From Bellilinea caldifistulae (GTDB taxonomy: Bacteria; Chloroflexota; Anaerolineae; Anaerolineales; Anaerolineaceae), in contig NZ_LGHJ01000028.1 in the NCBI RefSeq assembly GCF_001306055.1, positions 1 through 32,000 on the forward strand: a DNA stretch of 32,000 nucleotides, read 5' to 3'. Below the pieces are notes generated by a model. The model made no database searches. It was not told the origin of the DNA and saw only the letters and a list, made by a program, of their open reading frames with translations. The translations under genes were made by a program, and so were the position numbers. Positions 15,601-24,009 of this stretch are shown here, piece by piece. The number at the start of each line of letters is the position of its first letter. Positions within the stretch are counted from its first letter, which is position 1.

Positions 15601-17643
15601 AACACTCACCGGAGCATCCTGACCGGTAAGAAAGCGATATACCACCCCGTTCCGGTTGTAAGTTGAACAGGAAGTACATCGAATTAAGGTCTTCCCTTTT
15701 TCCATTTCGATTTTCGCTAATTTCAAGAATGGGACTCCACAATCACAACGTCTTGCGCCCGTTCCAGGAAAATACAAAGCACCACATTTTGGGCAAATTT
15801 CAACGGGATTAGGCTTTTCAGTGCCAACATGAGTATCAATTTCTGCTTTTTCCTCAATCAGGGCATCTTCATCCACTTCAACGTTATCTAATTTCTCTTC
15901 TAAGGAAAAATACTCTACTCGCTTGGCTTCCAGTTCGTTCTGATATAGCACACTGTTTTGAGTGAGGTATTCTAAATCTAAATCGAGACGGACATACTTT
16001 TCATCCGCAATATCTTTACCCGATGTTTCGTTCCCAATCAGGTACGTTACCCCACATCGTGTGCAGTTGGCTATTTCAAACACTCGACTTCCGCAGTGAG
16101 GGCAGAACTTTTGTCGCTTGAGAAACAAAATTGGTTTTGGATTAGGGCTTTGATGTTCAGGCGCATGGGTGTTAAGACAAACAAATGCTCCTTCCAAAGC
16201 CCGAATAAAAACATGATACCTGGCAGGTAAGAGCGGGGCACTTTGAGGCATTTCCCGCGCTAAGATAGCCGCAGATACCAGGTTGGCGAGGGAAGATTGG
16301 GCTTGTTCCTTTGGCAGATCCTCAAAAATAATGCCAGCGATTTCGTTGAACTTATAGGGTTTCTCTCTCAAAAAACTGCGGAGTTTATGGATGCGACCAT
16401 CCCCTCTAAGCACCTGGTAAATATATCTTGGCACTGCCTGTTCCGGGTGAGATTGAGCTTCCTTAGCAGCCTGTGAAAGAATGTTATCAGGAACTCCAGA
16501 AAGTTCATCAGGAATGAATGGCTGTTGACCTTGCCGCCACCCTTCTGCAAGAGAAGCCACTTCAACATACAATTGCTCAGTGCCTTCTCCCCATACATCT
16601 CCTAATTCGCTTTCGGGTTTGCGTTTCCCTAAAACCACATCCTGACGATTGGTGTCTTCAGGAATCCATTCAAAAGGTAAGTTAAATAACCGGGAAGCAA
16701 ACTCAACAATTTTTTGTAAATTCTCAGGACTTTCGTCTCCCAGGGTTGCGCTTGTGGCAATGGCTTGGAGTGTTTTTGGGCTTTTTCGAGTAACACGTTC
16801 CTGTAAACGGCGCAAAAGCATGGCGATTTCTGTACCCTGCGCGCCATCATACACATGGGCTTCGTCCAGCACAATAAATCGCCAGTGCTGTCCGGTTTCC
16901 CCATCAAAAAGCGGAGAGTCTTTCGGACGCAATAAGAGATATTCCAGCATCGCATAGTTGGTCAACAATAGGTGTGGTGGGGTTTGTTGCATTTGCTGAC
17001 GACTGATTAATTCATTGGGTAGGGGCTCCGGGAAAGGACTTTCCCGATGTAATTCTCGGTACAATTGCTCCGCCATATTCTGACCATCTGGAGTCTCTCC
17101 AATATAGCGTCCAAATGTAATAGCAGGATATTGCTTCAATATACTCCGCAAACGATCCATTTGGTCGTTTGCCAGAGCATTCATGGGGTATAACAACATT
17201 CCACGCACCCCCGGCTGGGAAAGCGTGCCGTTTTCTTCTTCCCGAAGCAATGCGTCGAGTATAGGAATTAGAAACGTTTCGGTTTTTCCACTACCAGTAC
17301 CTGTAGTGACCACAACATTACGTCCGTTGCGGACTTTGCGGATGGCTGTCTCTTGATGAAGGTATAATGGACGCTCGTAGTCCAATCCTCCTGGATCACA
17401 CAGGGTTTGAAACTTTTGTGAAAGAATTCCCTCCTGAACCAATTCACGAATGCTCTTTCCTGTCTCAAAAGGTGGGGTAATTTCCAGATACGGTCCCTTG
17501 ATCAATAGGTCTTCTTCTTCCAGGGCTTGGGCAAACTCCTTGCGCAAGCGCTCATCTTGAAAAGGCTTGATGGTCTTCAAGTAGCGAATATAGGTATCCC
17601 TTAGATGGGCTGTGGTGTGAATTGGATGAAGGGTGTTTTTCAT
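12619..17643 (-). CDS. giant SF2 DEAH-box helicase fused to a C-terminal DUF1998 (MrfA-type Zn-binding) domain; DruE / DrmA+DrmB / BrxHII-like (1674 aa)
   Basis: Motif I TTGTGSGKTETF, motif II VLDEAHVYDG, motif III TSATL, motif VI QRAGRTGRR. Zn ribbons lie between the RecA lobes (CPHCG..CTRCG; CPKCG..CDCG). The C-terminus carries CPNCK..CAVCG, CRTCG and GCKGCSQDTSCYSCLRSYQNQYLHDKLERR. AAGGAG SD is present, and the gap to the upstream stop is 2 nt. Confidence 0.95.
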   Translation of the reverse strand: MKNTLHPIHTTAHLRDTYIRYLKTIKPFQDERLRKEFAQALEEEDLLIKGPYLEITPPFETGKSIRELVQEGILSQKFQTLCDPGGLDYERPLYLHQETAIRKVRNGRNVVVTTGTGSGKTETFLIPILDALLREEENGTLSQPGVRGMLLYPMNALANDQMDRLRSILKQYPAITFGRYIGETPDGQNMAEQLYRELHRESPFPEPLPNELISRQQMQQTPPHLLLTNYAMLEYLLLRPKDSPLFDGETGQHWRFIVLDEAHVYDGAQGTEIAMLLRRLQERVTRKSPKTLQAIATSATLGDESPENLQKIVEFASRLFNLPFEWIPEDTNRQDVVLGKRKPESELGDVWGEGTEQLYVEVASLAEGWRQGQQPFIPDELSGVPDNILSQAAKEAQSHPEQAVPRYIYQVLRGDGRIHKLRSFLREKPYKFNEIAGIIFEDLPKEQAQSSLANLVSAAILAREMPQSAPLLPARYHVFIRALEGAFVCLNTHAPEHQSPNPKPILFLKRQKFCPHCGSRVFEIANCTRCGVTYLIGNETSGKDIADEKYVRLDLDLEYLTQNSVLYQNELEAKRVEYFSLEEKLDNVEVDEDALIEEKAEIDTHVGTEKPNPVEICPKCGALYFPGTGARRCDCGVPFLKLAKIEMEKGKTLIRCTSCSTYNRNGVVYRFLTGQDAPVSVLAGALYEHVPPARKETERQYPGEGRKMLVFSDNRQQAAFFAAYLERAQKKILQRRLITKMLKQQSQLDMGEPMRVPDCLPPLIKLVDQYGVFYIEESIRNKRIEVASWLMQEFSGLDKRISLEGVGLVYFQPKFGAGWMLPEVFNQSPWNLTSDEAKNLLTILLNTLRRQGAVTYLLEDEGIDLLAERQNAFLPRNKLFYVRNNGASVTSQQGIYSWCPAPNMKNTRLDYLTRLLRRQQSQLAEDKVLTLSLELLMEIWEYLTGNASPVQDFWLKKANIKGEGVLYRLNHQAWEVIPAIDEGIGKWYICDKCQNLTPHNLNNVCPTYGCMGSLHPLGDHGAWLKDNMYRSQYLHEYIVPLEAEEHTAQWVSAKAAEVQKDFVVGKINVLSSSTTFELGVDVGDLNAVVLRNMPPSSANYIQRAGRTGRRTDSVAMVVTFAQRRPHDLMFYDSPETMVSGKIRPPIISLKNDKIIRRHLHSVVFAAFFRWVKENYNIEYRNVGDFVDPENISYPNGPELLKKFLQNRPSEIELALERIIPNDDELRETLKLKNWEWQVYLLESDEAVLDKSVQTIQREINEFQNLEQQASANRNYSQAQKYMQIQKQIRERDLLGYLGSTNVLPKYGFPTDVVTLQTNHLNIEIAKDIQLERDLQIAISEFAPGGQVVAAKRIWYSKGIKKHPQKSWEPFSYAVCPNCKRMNIRAGETAPIDHCAVCGTMVNIRNRLAGTFIIPELGFVASSETDIPGEQPPERIYASKVYFSHYTTQSNTYEKLDLPLEIDPEFSSGISVYKGYSRYGWLVRVNNGYGDGFRVCRTCGYAEVVNPSQHRHKKPNHKNPETGKECSGTYAIYHLGHRFMTDVLELNLSISIQDEKTIYSVLYALLFGAVEKLDIPVNEVDGVVYYREGTPSFILYDNTPGGAGYVRMIYDNLYKVFEGAYDRVVGCKGCSQDTSCYSCLRSYQNQYLHDKLERRLAWIVLGQILDKPLPHEDAI

Positions 17644-17645
17644 CG

Positions 17646-20600
17646 TTACTCCTTATCAGAAAAAACATCTTGGGGGGAGTGAACAGAAAAGCGAAGAGGA
17701 AGGGTCATTTTGTAAGGGAAAACAATAGGGAAAGTATCATATTGGTGCTGGGTGGTGTGACGATGCCTCTCCCAAGCAATAATACCTTTACAGGTGATAA
17801 ATCGCTTACACTTTGTGCAAATTTGGCCTGCGTTTCTTCCTATAAAACTCAGTTCATTTGCTTCAAGGTCAATAGTTGCTTCCTCGGCAATTGATGTCTC
17901 TTCACGCGTCTCTTCCTCCCTCAAAACAATGTGCAAACGCGGTTTCTCTTTTTCGAGAAGGAAATAATCATTGCTGCTTGAACCTTCAATTTTGACAATT
18001 TTTCCCCAGCCCGCATCACTGAGCACCCAGTATCCCTTATGTACCACTAAATCAGGACAACTGTGTTTGGCTGAGAAAAAGCCCAGTAATCTCCATCGAA
18101 TTGGACTATCTGGCATTTCTCTCAAGAAAGGAAACGAAAATTCAGGATTCGCAAGAAGTACGTTTGCAGCGCCCTCTTCCGAAATTTTTCCCTGCTGCAA
18201 ATAATTTTGCAATATATCCAAACCACGACTATCTGAATTTTTGATGAGCACCTCCAATGCTCTCAGCATGACCAGAGGATTTTTGGACATTCCTGTTACG
18301 AGATAGGCACTTTCCGGGTTCAGAGTTCTTGCATTCACAACAAGATCAAGATACCTTTGCACAAAATTTTTATCTGAATCTTGCTGAAGTCTCAAAAGAG
18401 TTTCTTTCCGGAACATGTTTAGAAGGATAGCTTTCCTGCTCGAAGGGTCAATCTCTGCCAACCAATCCTGCAGAAAGTAAAGCAGTCGCAGGGGAGCACT
18501 GGACCAATTTGAACATAACCATTGGATTTCATGATTAAGCTGGCTGGCATTTTTTTGGCTGTGGTAAATACAGGCTTTTTCCAGATGCAAGGCAAAGGAT
18601 CGTTGAGGATGTATTTGCAGTTGTTCCTCAATTTCGTCTAACCTTTGAGGTGGAGAAACCATCTCTATAAGGATGGAATTCTCCGGTGGTCTCGGAGGTG
18701 GATCTTGCAAATCATACCGTCCCATAGCCACAAATTGAAGGCGATATTGAGAAGGCGGCAAAGAATATTCTTTCGGAATATCCATTTGCCACCAACCCGG
18801 CTCGTTATGTCGCGTGCTGGGAGAAAGATCGTCAGGAACAGGAATCTGAATTGGATCTGACCAGGGTTGCCACAGACCCCAAATACGCACATATCGTTGA
18901 CGCAACGGCTCAGGCTCAAACCAGTGCAACCGCCTGCCTCTGTTCTGGAGAATCTCGATTTCACATTTTTGAATATTAAGATCGCGATGGGCTTGCAAAA
19001 CCGGTAACTCAATGCTTTGCTCATTGAATTGCATTTTCAGGATGAAATATAAGATAGACGCCCTGGAATGGCTTCGTAAAGTATCATGAAATGCATTGAG
19101 TTGAAAAACCAATTCCCGTTGATATGTTTGTTGGGGAGGTTGTACTTGTAGGGTTTCATTCTCGTTGTCATCCGTTAAATGGAGCTCCACAATATCCAAT
19201 TCCATCGCAGAAGGAATTTTCAGGAATAACCGGGGATTGTCGCTTTGGAGTATTTTGGCGAGGGATAAGGATAAAGGCTTATCTTGCCATTCACGGGGTT
19301 TACCGGATATCAATTCTAATGACCACTTCAAGTGTGGAATTTCAATCTTGAAAGGTACCCGAATGATCTCTTTCTCGGTGGGCTTTTCAATTTGCAGAGC
19401 AACCTGTTCGTCTTCCGCAGGTACGTTGATTTGCCACCTGTCGCCTATGTTTTGTATTTCCGCCTCGCTATCTTCCAACAGGGAAAGAGAGAAACCCTCT
19501 GGAAGCCGAATCGAAAACTGCACATCCTTTGCCCCTTGCCAATCAGGAAGATAATAAGGGTGAAGATCTTCCACCTGAATAGAAGAGGGCAAAACACGGA
19601 AGGGGAGTTCTGCTTGAAAACTATTGCCCCGCTGGATTGTAAGATGAAAAGTACCGCAGGGGGCTTCTCCCAGCACCTTATGGAGAGATAATCGAACCAC
19701 ATTGTTTTCCGGAACGTTCTCGCCCGGAAAATCGCCGGCAGAATACTCCCACTTCCCTTGCGGGTTTGCAGCGAAACGAGACTGCAGGTGAATTTTCCAG
19801 CGGCTCAGTTCACTTTCCAAATGCTCAAAATCATGAACAGGGAGTTCCAAACCGGGACTTCCCAGATAGACGGGTTTCTCTTCTATCGGCAGGCTTTGGG
19901 GTAAAAGTATGCCAACAATTTTTGGCTCTTGTGTCCACCGGACAGGCAAAGGGGGGCAAACATCCTGCCCCTGGCGCTGTAAACGAATGAGGCTGGCATT
20001 CCTGAGATCCCACGCTTGGGATTGCCAATTGTCCAAAGGTGGTGGGAAAGGATGTAAATGTTCAACTTCATGAACAGACCCTGAAAACAACAATTCAGCA
20101 TCCGCCGGATAGAAAAGCCACAACGTCTCTGCAGGGATTACCGGGTTGAGAGAACACGCGCTATTATCCCTGTAACGGAAGGCAAAAACAGGCACTTCGG
20201 AAGAGGGCAAAAGACGCAGAGAACGCTTAAAAAGCGTTGTTTCGTTTCCTTCTTCACTTTGCCCTACAAAGGAAATTTCGGCATATGGAGCAAGCGTCTC
20301 CGGCTGGTAGGAAACTTCATCCGTATGTACTTCTGAACCACTGCGTCGAACACGCAGACGAAGGGTTCCTTCTTCCCCAACAGGCTGGGTGCTATCAACA
20401 AGGCGTATCCTCCAGAAAAAACAGACATAACGCGATTGCTCTTCAGAAGAGATAGGTTGGGCAGGCAATTGAATGTTTAAGCCGGGAGCGTAGGGATCAA
20501 AATACAAACGCGGCAAACGCCGGCGAATGGATAATTCAGCCCGGTTTTGCCAGAAATGCTCAAAGGCTTGTACCACATACGGGCGGATACCTAAAGTTGC

Positions 20601-21248
20601 TGCATCGGGAATGGGGTTCCCTTGCACGGCTTCACGCGCCATCTGGCGGCATTTGCTGAAAAAGCGTTGGGCCGGTTCCCCCCCATATTGGAAAAAGTGA
20701 CGCACAACGTCATCCACAAACAATTCAGCCGTATAATGGTTGAGCAATTCTTCCAGTGCTCGACCGTCTTCCAGATCTTTGTAAGGGGGTTTTTGCACCG
20801 AAGGAAGCAAAATGTGCTGAAAGAAATCCGCTAGAGAGTAAGCCGGAATGCCCCCATGAAGACGGATGGGATTTATATATCCTTCTTCGAACTCATTTCG
20901 AAAGTCCCGGAGATTGGGGTACTGCTGAATAATTTCGCGGAACAATCTTCCCCAGTGATGGTTTGGGTGAAATATTGCGACGTGATCTATTTCAAACGCT
21001 TCGGCTACCTTATCCCAAAAACTGCGTTCGTCGTTGAATGCTGCCTTAAATGACAGATAGGTCACAAAAACGGCGGGAAAATGTGTCCCGAAGTTTCGAG
21101 TGGCTTGGGTTAATCCGTACCGACGTATCCATTTTTCCAGCTCTATTTCCAATTCCGCATGCTGTTCCCGAGAAAGCGGAATTTCTCCCAGCAACTGAAT
21201 TTGGCTGAGATAAGGTTCTAAGTAAGTTTCCCATTCGTGAAGGTGCAT
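17646..21248 (-). CDS. 1200-aa protein of unknown function (no catalytic motif recognised); candidate DruH-like or novel component
   Basis: One long uninterrupted ORF embedded in the operon, with a 27-nt gap upstream and a 2-nt gap downstream. The only feature seen is a C-terminal CTKCKRFITC...HRHTTQH Cys/His cluster. Confidence 0.9.
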   Translation of the reverse strand: MHLHEWETYLEPYLSQIQLLGEIPLSREQHAELEIELEKWIRRYGLTQATRNFGTHFPAVFVTYLSFKAAFNDERSFWDKVAEAFEIDHVAIFHPNHHWGRLFREIIQQYPNLRDFRNEFEEGYINPIRLHGGIPAYSLADFFQHILLPSVQKPPYKDLEDGRALEELLNHYTAELFVDDVVRHFFQYGGEPAQRFFSKCRQMAREAVQGNPIPDAATLGIRPYVVQAFEHFWQNRAELSIRRRLPRLYFDPYAPGLNIQLPAQPISSEEQSRYVCFFWRIRLVDSTQPVGEEGTLRLRVRRSGSEVHTDEVSYQPETLAPYAEISFVGQSEEGNETTLFKRSLRLLPSSEVPVFAFRYRDNSACSLNPVIPAETLWLFYPADAELLFSGSVHEVEHLHPFPPPLDNWQSQAWDLRNASLIRLQRQGQDVCPPLPVRWTQEPKIVGILLPQSLPIEEKPVYLGSPGLELPVHDFEHLESELSRWKIHLQSRFAANPQGKWEYSAGDFPGENVPENNVVRLSLHKVLGEAPCGTFHLTIQRGNSFQAELPFRVLPSSIQVEDLHPYYLPDWQGAKDVQFSIRLPEGFSLSLLEDSEAEIQNIGDRWQINVPAEDEQVALQIEKPTEKEIIRVPFKIEIPHLKWSLELISGKPREWQDKPLSLSLAKILQSDNPRLFLKIPSAMELDIVELHLTDDNENETLQVQPPQQTYQRELVFQLNAFHDTLRSHSRASILYFILKMQFNEQSIELPVLQAHRDLNIQKCEIEILQNRGRRLHWFEPEPLRQRYVRIWGLWQPWSDPIQIPVPDDLSPSTRHNEPGWWQMDIPKEYSLPPSQYRLQFVAMGRYDLQDPPPRPPENSILIEMVSPPQRLDEIEEQLQIHPQRSFALHLEKACIYHSQKNASQLNHEIQWLCSNWSSAPLRLLYFLQDWLAEIDPSSRKAILLNMFRKETLLRLQQDSDKNFVQRYLDLVVNARTLNPESAYLVTGMSKNPLVMLRALEVLIKNSDSRGLDILQNYLQQGKISEEGAANVLLANPEFSFPFLREMPDSPIRWRLLGFFSAKHSCPDLVVHKGYWVLSDAGWGKIVKIEGSSSNDYFLLEKEKPRLHIVLREEETREETSIAEEATIDLEANELSFIGRNAGQICTKCKRFITCKGIIAWERHRHTTQHQYDTFPIVFPYKMTLPLRFSVHSPQDVFSDKE

Positions 21249-21275
21249 ACGCCTATTCTCCCCCTTTCCAATTTT

Positions 21276-23999
21276 TTATAAAAGGCTCTGCTGTCTTGGC
21301 TGATCCTCCCAACGCAGGCGCGCGTTGTCGGCATACATTAACAACTGAGAATCATCCTCAAATACCCGTTCCGGAAGGCGATTGGCAACCTGGACAATGG
21401 CAGCGTAATTGCGTTCCTTCCACGCCCGGCTGAAGCCCGCTCGGATGGCTTCCAATCGAAAGGCTTTCAACTTCCCCTTACTCTGCAGATAGGCGGCAAA
21501 CTCGCGCAGTAAACTCTTCTCCCGCAGGGCTTGCAAGTCGCTTTCTTTGGAGGGATCCGGTAACCGCCAGAGCCCCTCTGCATCCTCCAGAAAGTTTTCC
21601 TCCAGCATTGTTTTCAACTCGGGCATGGCTTCGTAGGGCAATTTGCGGCTTTCCTGGTTGAAGCGGATGAGCAAATCCGAGTACGTTTTGGGACCTTCTG
21701 CCAGTTGAACCCTCAACCACTGGATGGCGCTCTTCTCATCCGTGATCAACAGCGGCATTTGCTCTACCCGCTCGGCTTGCAGGCGCAATCGGTCAAACTG
21801 GCTGGCTTGGGGATAGGTGAAAATCATCCCTTCGCGTTCGGCAAAGCGCTCTTTTAAGCCAGCGTAAAATTGCGGCGCAGAGAGGGGCACGGCAAACCCA
21901 TGCTGAATGTGATAGGCAACCATGCGGTCGAACAGTACATAGGGGGCGCGCTCTTGGACGAACTCGAGCAGAACGTCGTTCTTCAGCATCGGCATGGGCA
22001 GGAACTCCAGATGCTGACGCACAAACTCCCAGGCCCCCTCCACCGTACCGGCTTCCAGCGCAAACTGCTGTTCAAATATGGCGGTGGGCTTGTAAGCCGA
22101 GATGATCAGGTCCTGCTTGACGGCGCCAAAGGCGTTGACCTGATTGAATGTTCCTTGTATTTTGTCTATCGTACGTACATCGGCGATCACAAAACCGGCG
22201 CGTAACAGGGCTTCTTGAATGGCGTTCCAGACGGCGTTTTGCGAGTTATGGAACTCTACCGTCATCCAGCGCCCGGGTTTGAGCACGCGGTAGAACTCGC
22301 GGAAGCAGGCTTCCATGAGGGCTTGATATTCGGGCAAGCCCTTGCGCTGGGTCTTGTTGACCACCGCCTCGGGCGCGTTGTTGGTGAAAACGCCCAGCCA
22401 GGCTTCCCAGAGGAAGTTGAGTTCGCTGTACATCAGGTTGGCGCCGAAGGGAGGGTCAATAAAAATGTAATCTAATGAATTATTAGGCAAGTTTAATCTG
22501 TTGCTCGATTGGGTTGATAATAAACCAAAACTATTCTTCTTAGTTCTTATCAGTAGATTTAGAAGTTTATAGAATTTTCTTGAGATAAAAGGAATTGGAT
22601 CTATCTCTCTAATTGTGGATGCAATATATAAAGTTCTAGATAATTTACTAGGTATACCACTTGTCCTTTCTCGGTTTAATTTTGAGGAGCCTTCAGTAAT
22701 TCCTGTAAGTAGCCAAAGCAAATAATTTTTGTGTGGAGATTTTCCCATTTTTTTAAAAATTTCCGCCAGCGCCCATAGATTGCGGCGGGTGTAGAAATGG
22801 TGCACGTGGGTAACTCCCACGTTAAACGGGTCGCTGGTTTTGTCACCCTTCGGCAAAGGATAGGTCGGGAACGGATAAGGAATGTCGCTGTTTTCGATTT
22901 TCTCCAGCAGGGCAAGGTCTGCGGCATCCGGGCGTTTTTCGTAGCGCTTCTTGCCCACGCTGTAGTTGATCAGCACCGGCACCTGCTTGGCTTGGCGCAC
23001 GGTTTGCCCGATGGCGCGGTCGTACTTGGTTTCAAAGGCGCGCTCCACCCGCAGGGTGCGGCTTTCTTTGCGCGGGCTCTTGCTGAGCAGGGCGCCACAT
23101 CCAGGACAGTGCCAATCGTCGCGAATCTGCCCGTTTTCATGATCCACCGCCACGTCCCAGAAGACCATCTCTGCCCCACACTGCGGGCAGAGAAAGACAT
23201 CCGACCAGACGGTATAGTTGATTTTGCCTTTTACCCCCTCACCCCCAGCCCCTCTCCCAGCGGGAGAGGGGGGCGTGTGCCAGGTTTCGTACATCCAGTC
23301 GCATTCTTTTTCTACTTCCCGGAGAATGCGCTGGGCTTCACGCTCAAAGGCGCGCGCATCGGCCGGGGTGTTGTAGTTGTAAGCGATGAACGTGGCGGCG
23401 GGGGAGAGATCAATGAGCACGGCTTTACGCGTCCCCAGGCGGGAAATGGGCTTATCACCTTCCCAGATGATGTCCTGCTCATCCACGCGGTAGCCCAGGC
23501 TCTCCACAGTTCTTTGATCGCCACATAATTGCGCCGCCACGCCGGTCATGCCGGTGCCGCAGAATCCGTCCAGCACAATATCGCCCGGTTCGGTGTAGTG
23601 CAGAATATAGCGCATGATGGCTTTGTGCGGCACTTTGGTGTGATACGAATGGGCATTGTAGATAGGATCGTTCTTACCCTCCGAGACATCTGCGGCAAAT
23701 GGCTCGCGATGGTAGTGGTTCTCGGCATCGTTGGGCAAGCCCATTTTCTCGCGGGTCTGGCGCCGTTCTTCCTGCCATTGCGCCAAAATTTCCTCCATGA
23801 AGGGATTGGGACAAGCCGTGTAGTAGGGTGGATCGGAGAGGTTGAGGATGGCTTCGTCGCTGGCAATGGGAAAGCCGGGAATCTGGCGGAATTGCGCATC
23901 TTTTAGGTGCTGGCATAGTTTCTCCCGCCATTGCTGACGTTCTTCTTCGGAAACCATTGGGGTAGCATTGACTTGCTCAAACAGTTCGTCTTGATGCAT
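21276..23999 (-). CDS. DNA N6-adenine/N4-cytosine methyltransferase (N6_N4_Mtase-like) with permuted motif order and an inserted zinc ribbon (907 aa from ATG 23999; the ORF extends to TTG 24026)
   Basis: HTKVPHKAIMRYILHYTEPGDIVLDGFCGTGMTGVAA is the SAM motif I block. LDYIFIDPPFGANLMY (motif IV) lies about 350 aa later. CPQCG...CPGCG lies between them. ATG 23999 sits 10 nt after the upstream TAA and follows AGGAAG. Confidence 0.9.
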   Translation of the reverse strand: MHQDELFEQVNATPMVSEEERQQWREKLCQHLKDAQFRQIPGFPIASDEAILNLSDPPYYTACPNPFMEEILAQWQEERRQTREKMGLPNDAENHYHREPFAADVSEGKNDPIYNAHSYHTKVPHKAIMRYILHYTEPGDIVLDGFCGTGMTGVAAQLCGDQRTVESLGYRVDEQDIIWEGDKPISRLGTRKAVLIDLSPAATFIAYNYNTPADARAFEREAQRILREVEKECDWMYETWHTPPSPAGRGAGGEGVKGKINYTVWSDVFLCPQCGAEMVFWDVAVDHENGQIRDDWHCPGCGALLSKSPRKESRTLRVERAFETKYDRAIGQTVRQAKQVPVLINYSVGKKRYEKRPDAADLALLEKIENSDIPYPFPTYPLPKGDKTSDPFNVGVTHVHHFYTRRNLWALAEIFKKMGKSPHKNYLLWLLTGITEGSSKLNRERTSGIPSKLSRTLYIASTIREIDPIPFISRKFYKLLNLLIRTKKNSFGLLSTQSSNRLNLPNNSLDYIFIDPPFGANLMYSELNFLWEAWLGVFTNNAPEAVVNKTQRKGLPEYQALMEACFREFYRVLKPGRWMTVEFHNSQNAVWNAIQEALLRAGFVIADVRTIDKIQGTFNQVNAFGAVKQDLIISAYKPTAIFEQQFALEAGTVEGAWEFVRQHLEFLPMPMLKNDVLLEFVQERAPYVLFDRMVAYHIQHGFAVPLSAPQFYAGLKERFAEREGMIFTYPQASQFDRLRLQAERVEQMPLLITDEKSAIQWLRVQLAEGPKTYSDLLIRFNQESRKLPYEAMPELKTMLEENFLEDAEGLWRLPDPSKESDLQALREKSLLREFAAYLQSKGKLKAFRLEAIRAGFSRAWKERNYAAIVQVANRLPERVFEDDSQLLMYADNARLRWEDQPRQQSLL
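23249..23271. repeat. GC-rich perfect palindrome (10-bp arms, 3-nt loop) embedded in frame in the methyltransferase gene
   Basis: CCCCTCTCCC-AGC-GGGAGAGGGG, flanked by C-rich and G-rich runs (23235-23275). It encodes PPSPAGRGAGGEG. Confidence 0.85.
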
Positions 24000-24009
24000 A
24001 TCTCTTCCT

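Noticed and set aside
17646-21248. A hidden PglZ (alkaline-phosphatase-like) or PLD domain in the 1200-aa protein.
   Set aside because: Reading the sequence, I found no metal-binding Asp/Ser/His clusters typical of PglZ and no HxK(x)4D PLD motif. This was a by-eye scan only, so it remains to be tested by profile search.
22797-23528. 243-aa plus-strand ORF inside the methyltransferase gene.
   Set aside because: It is antisense to a gene with clear SAM-binding and DPPF motifs, has a low-complexity composition, and is confined to the GC-rich part.
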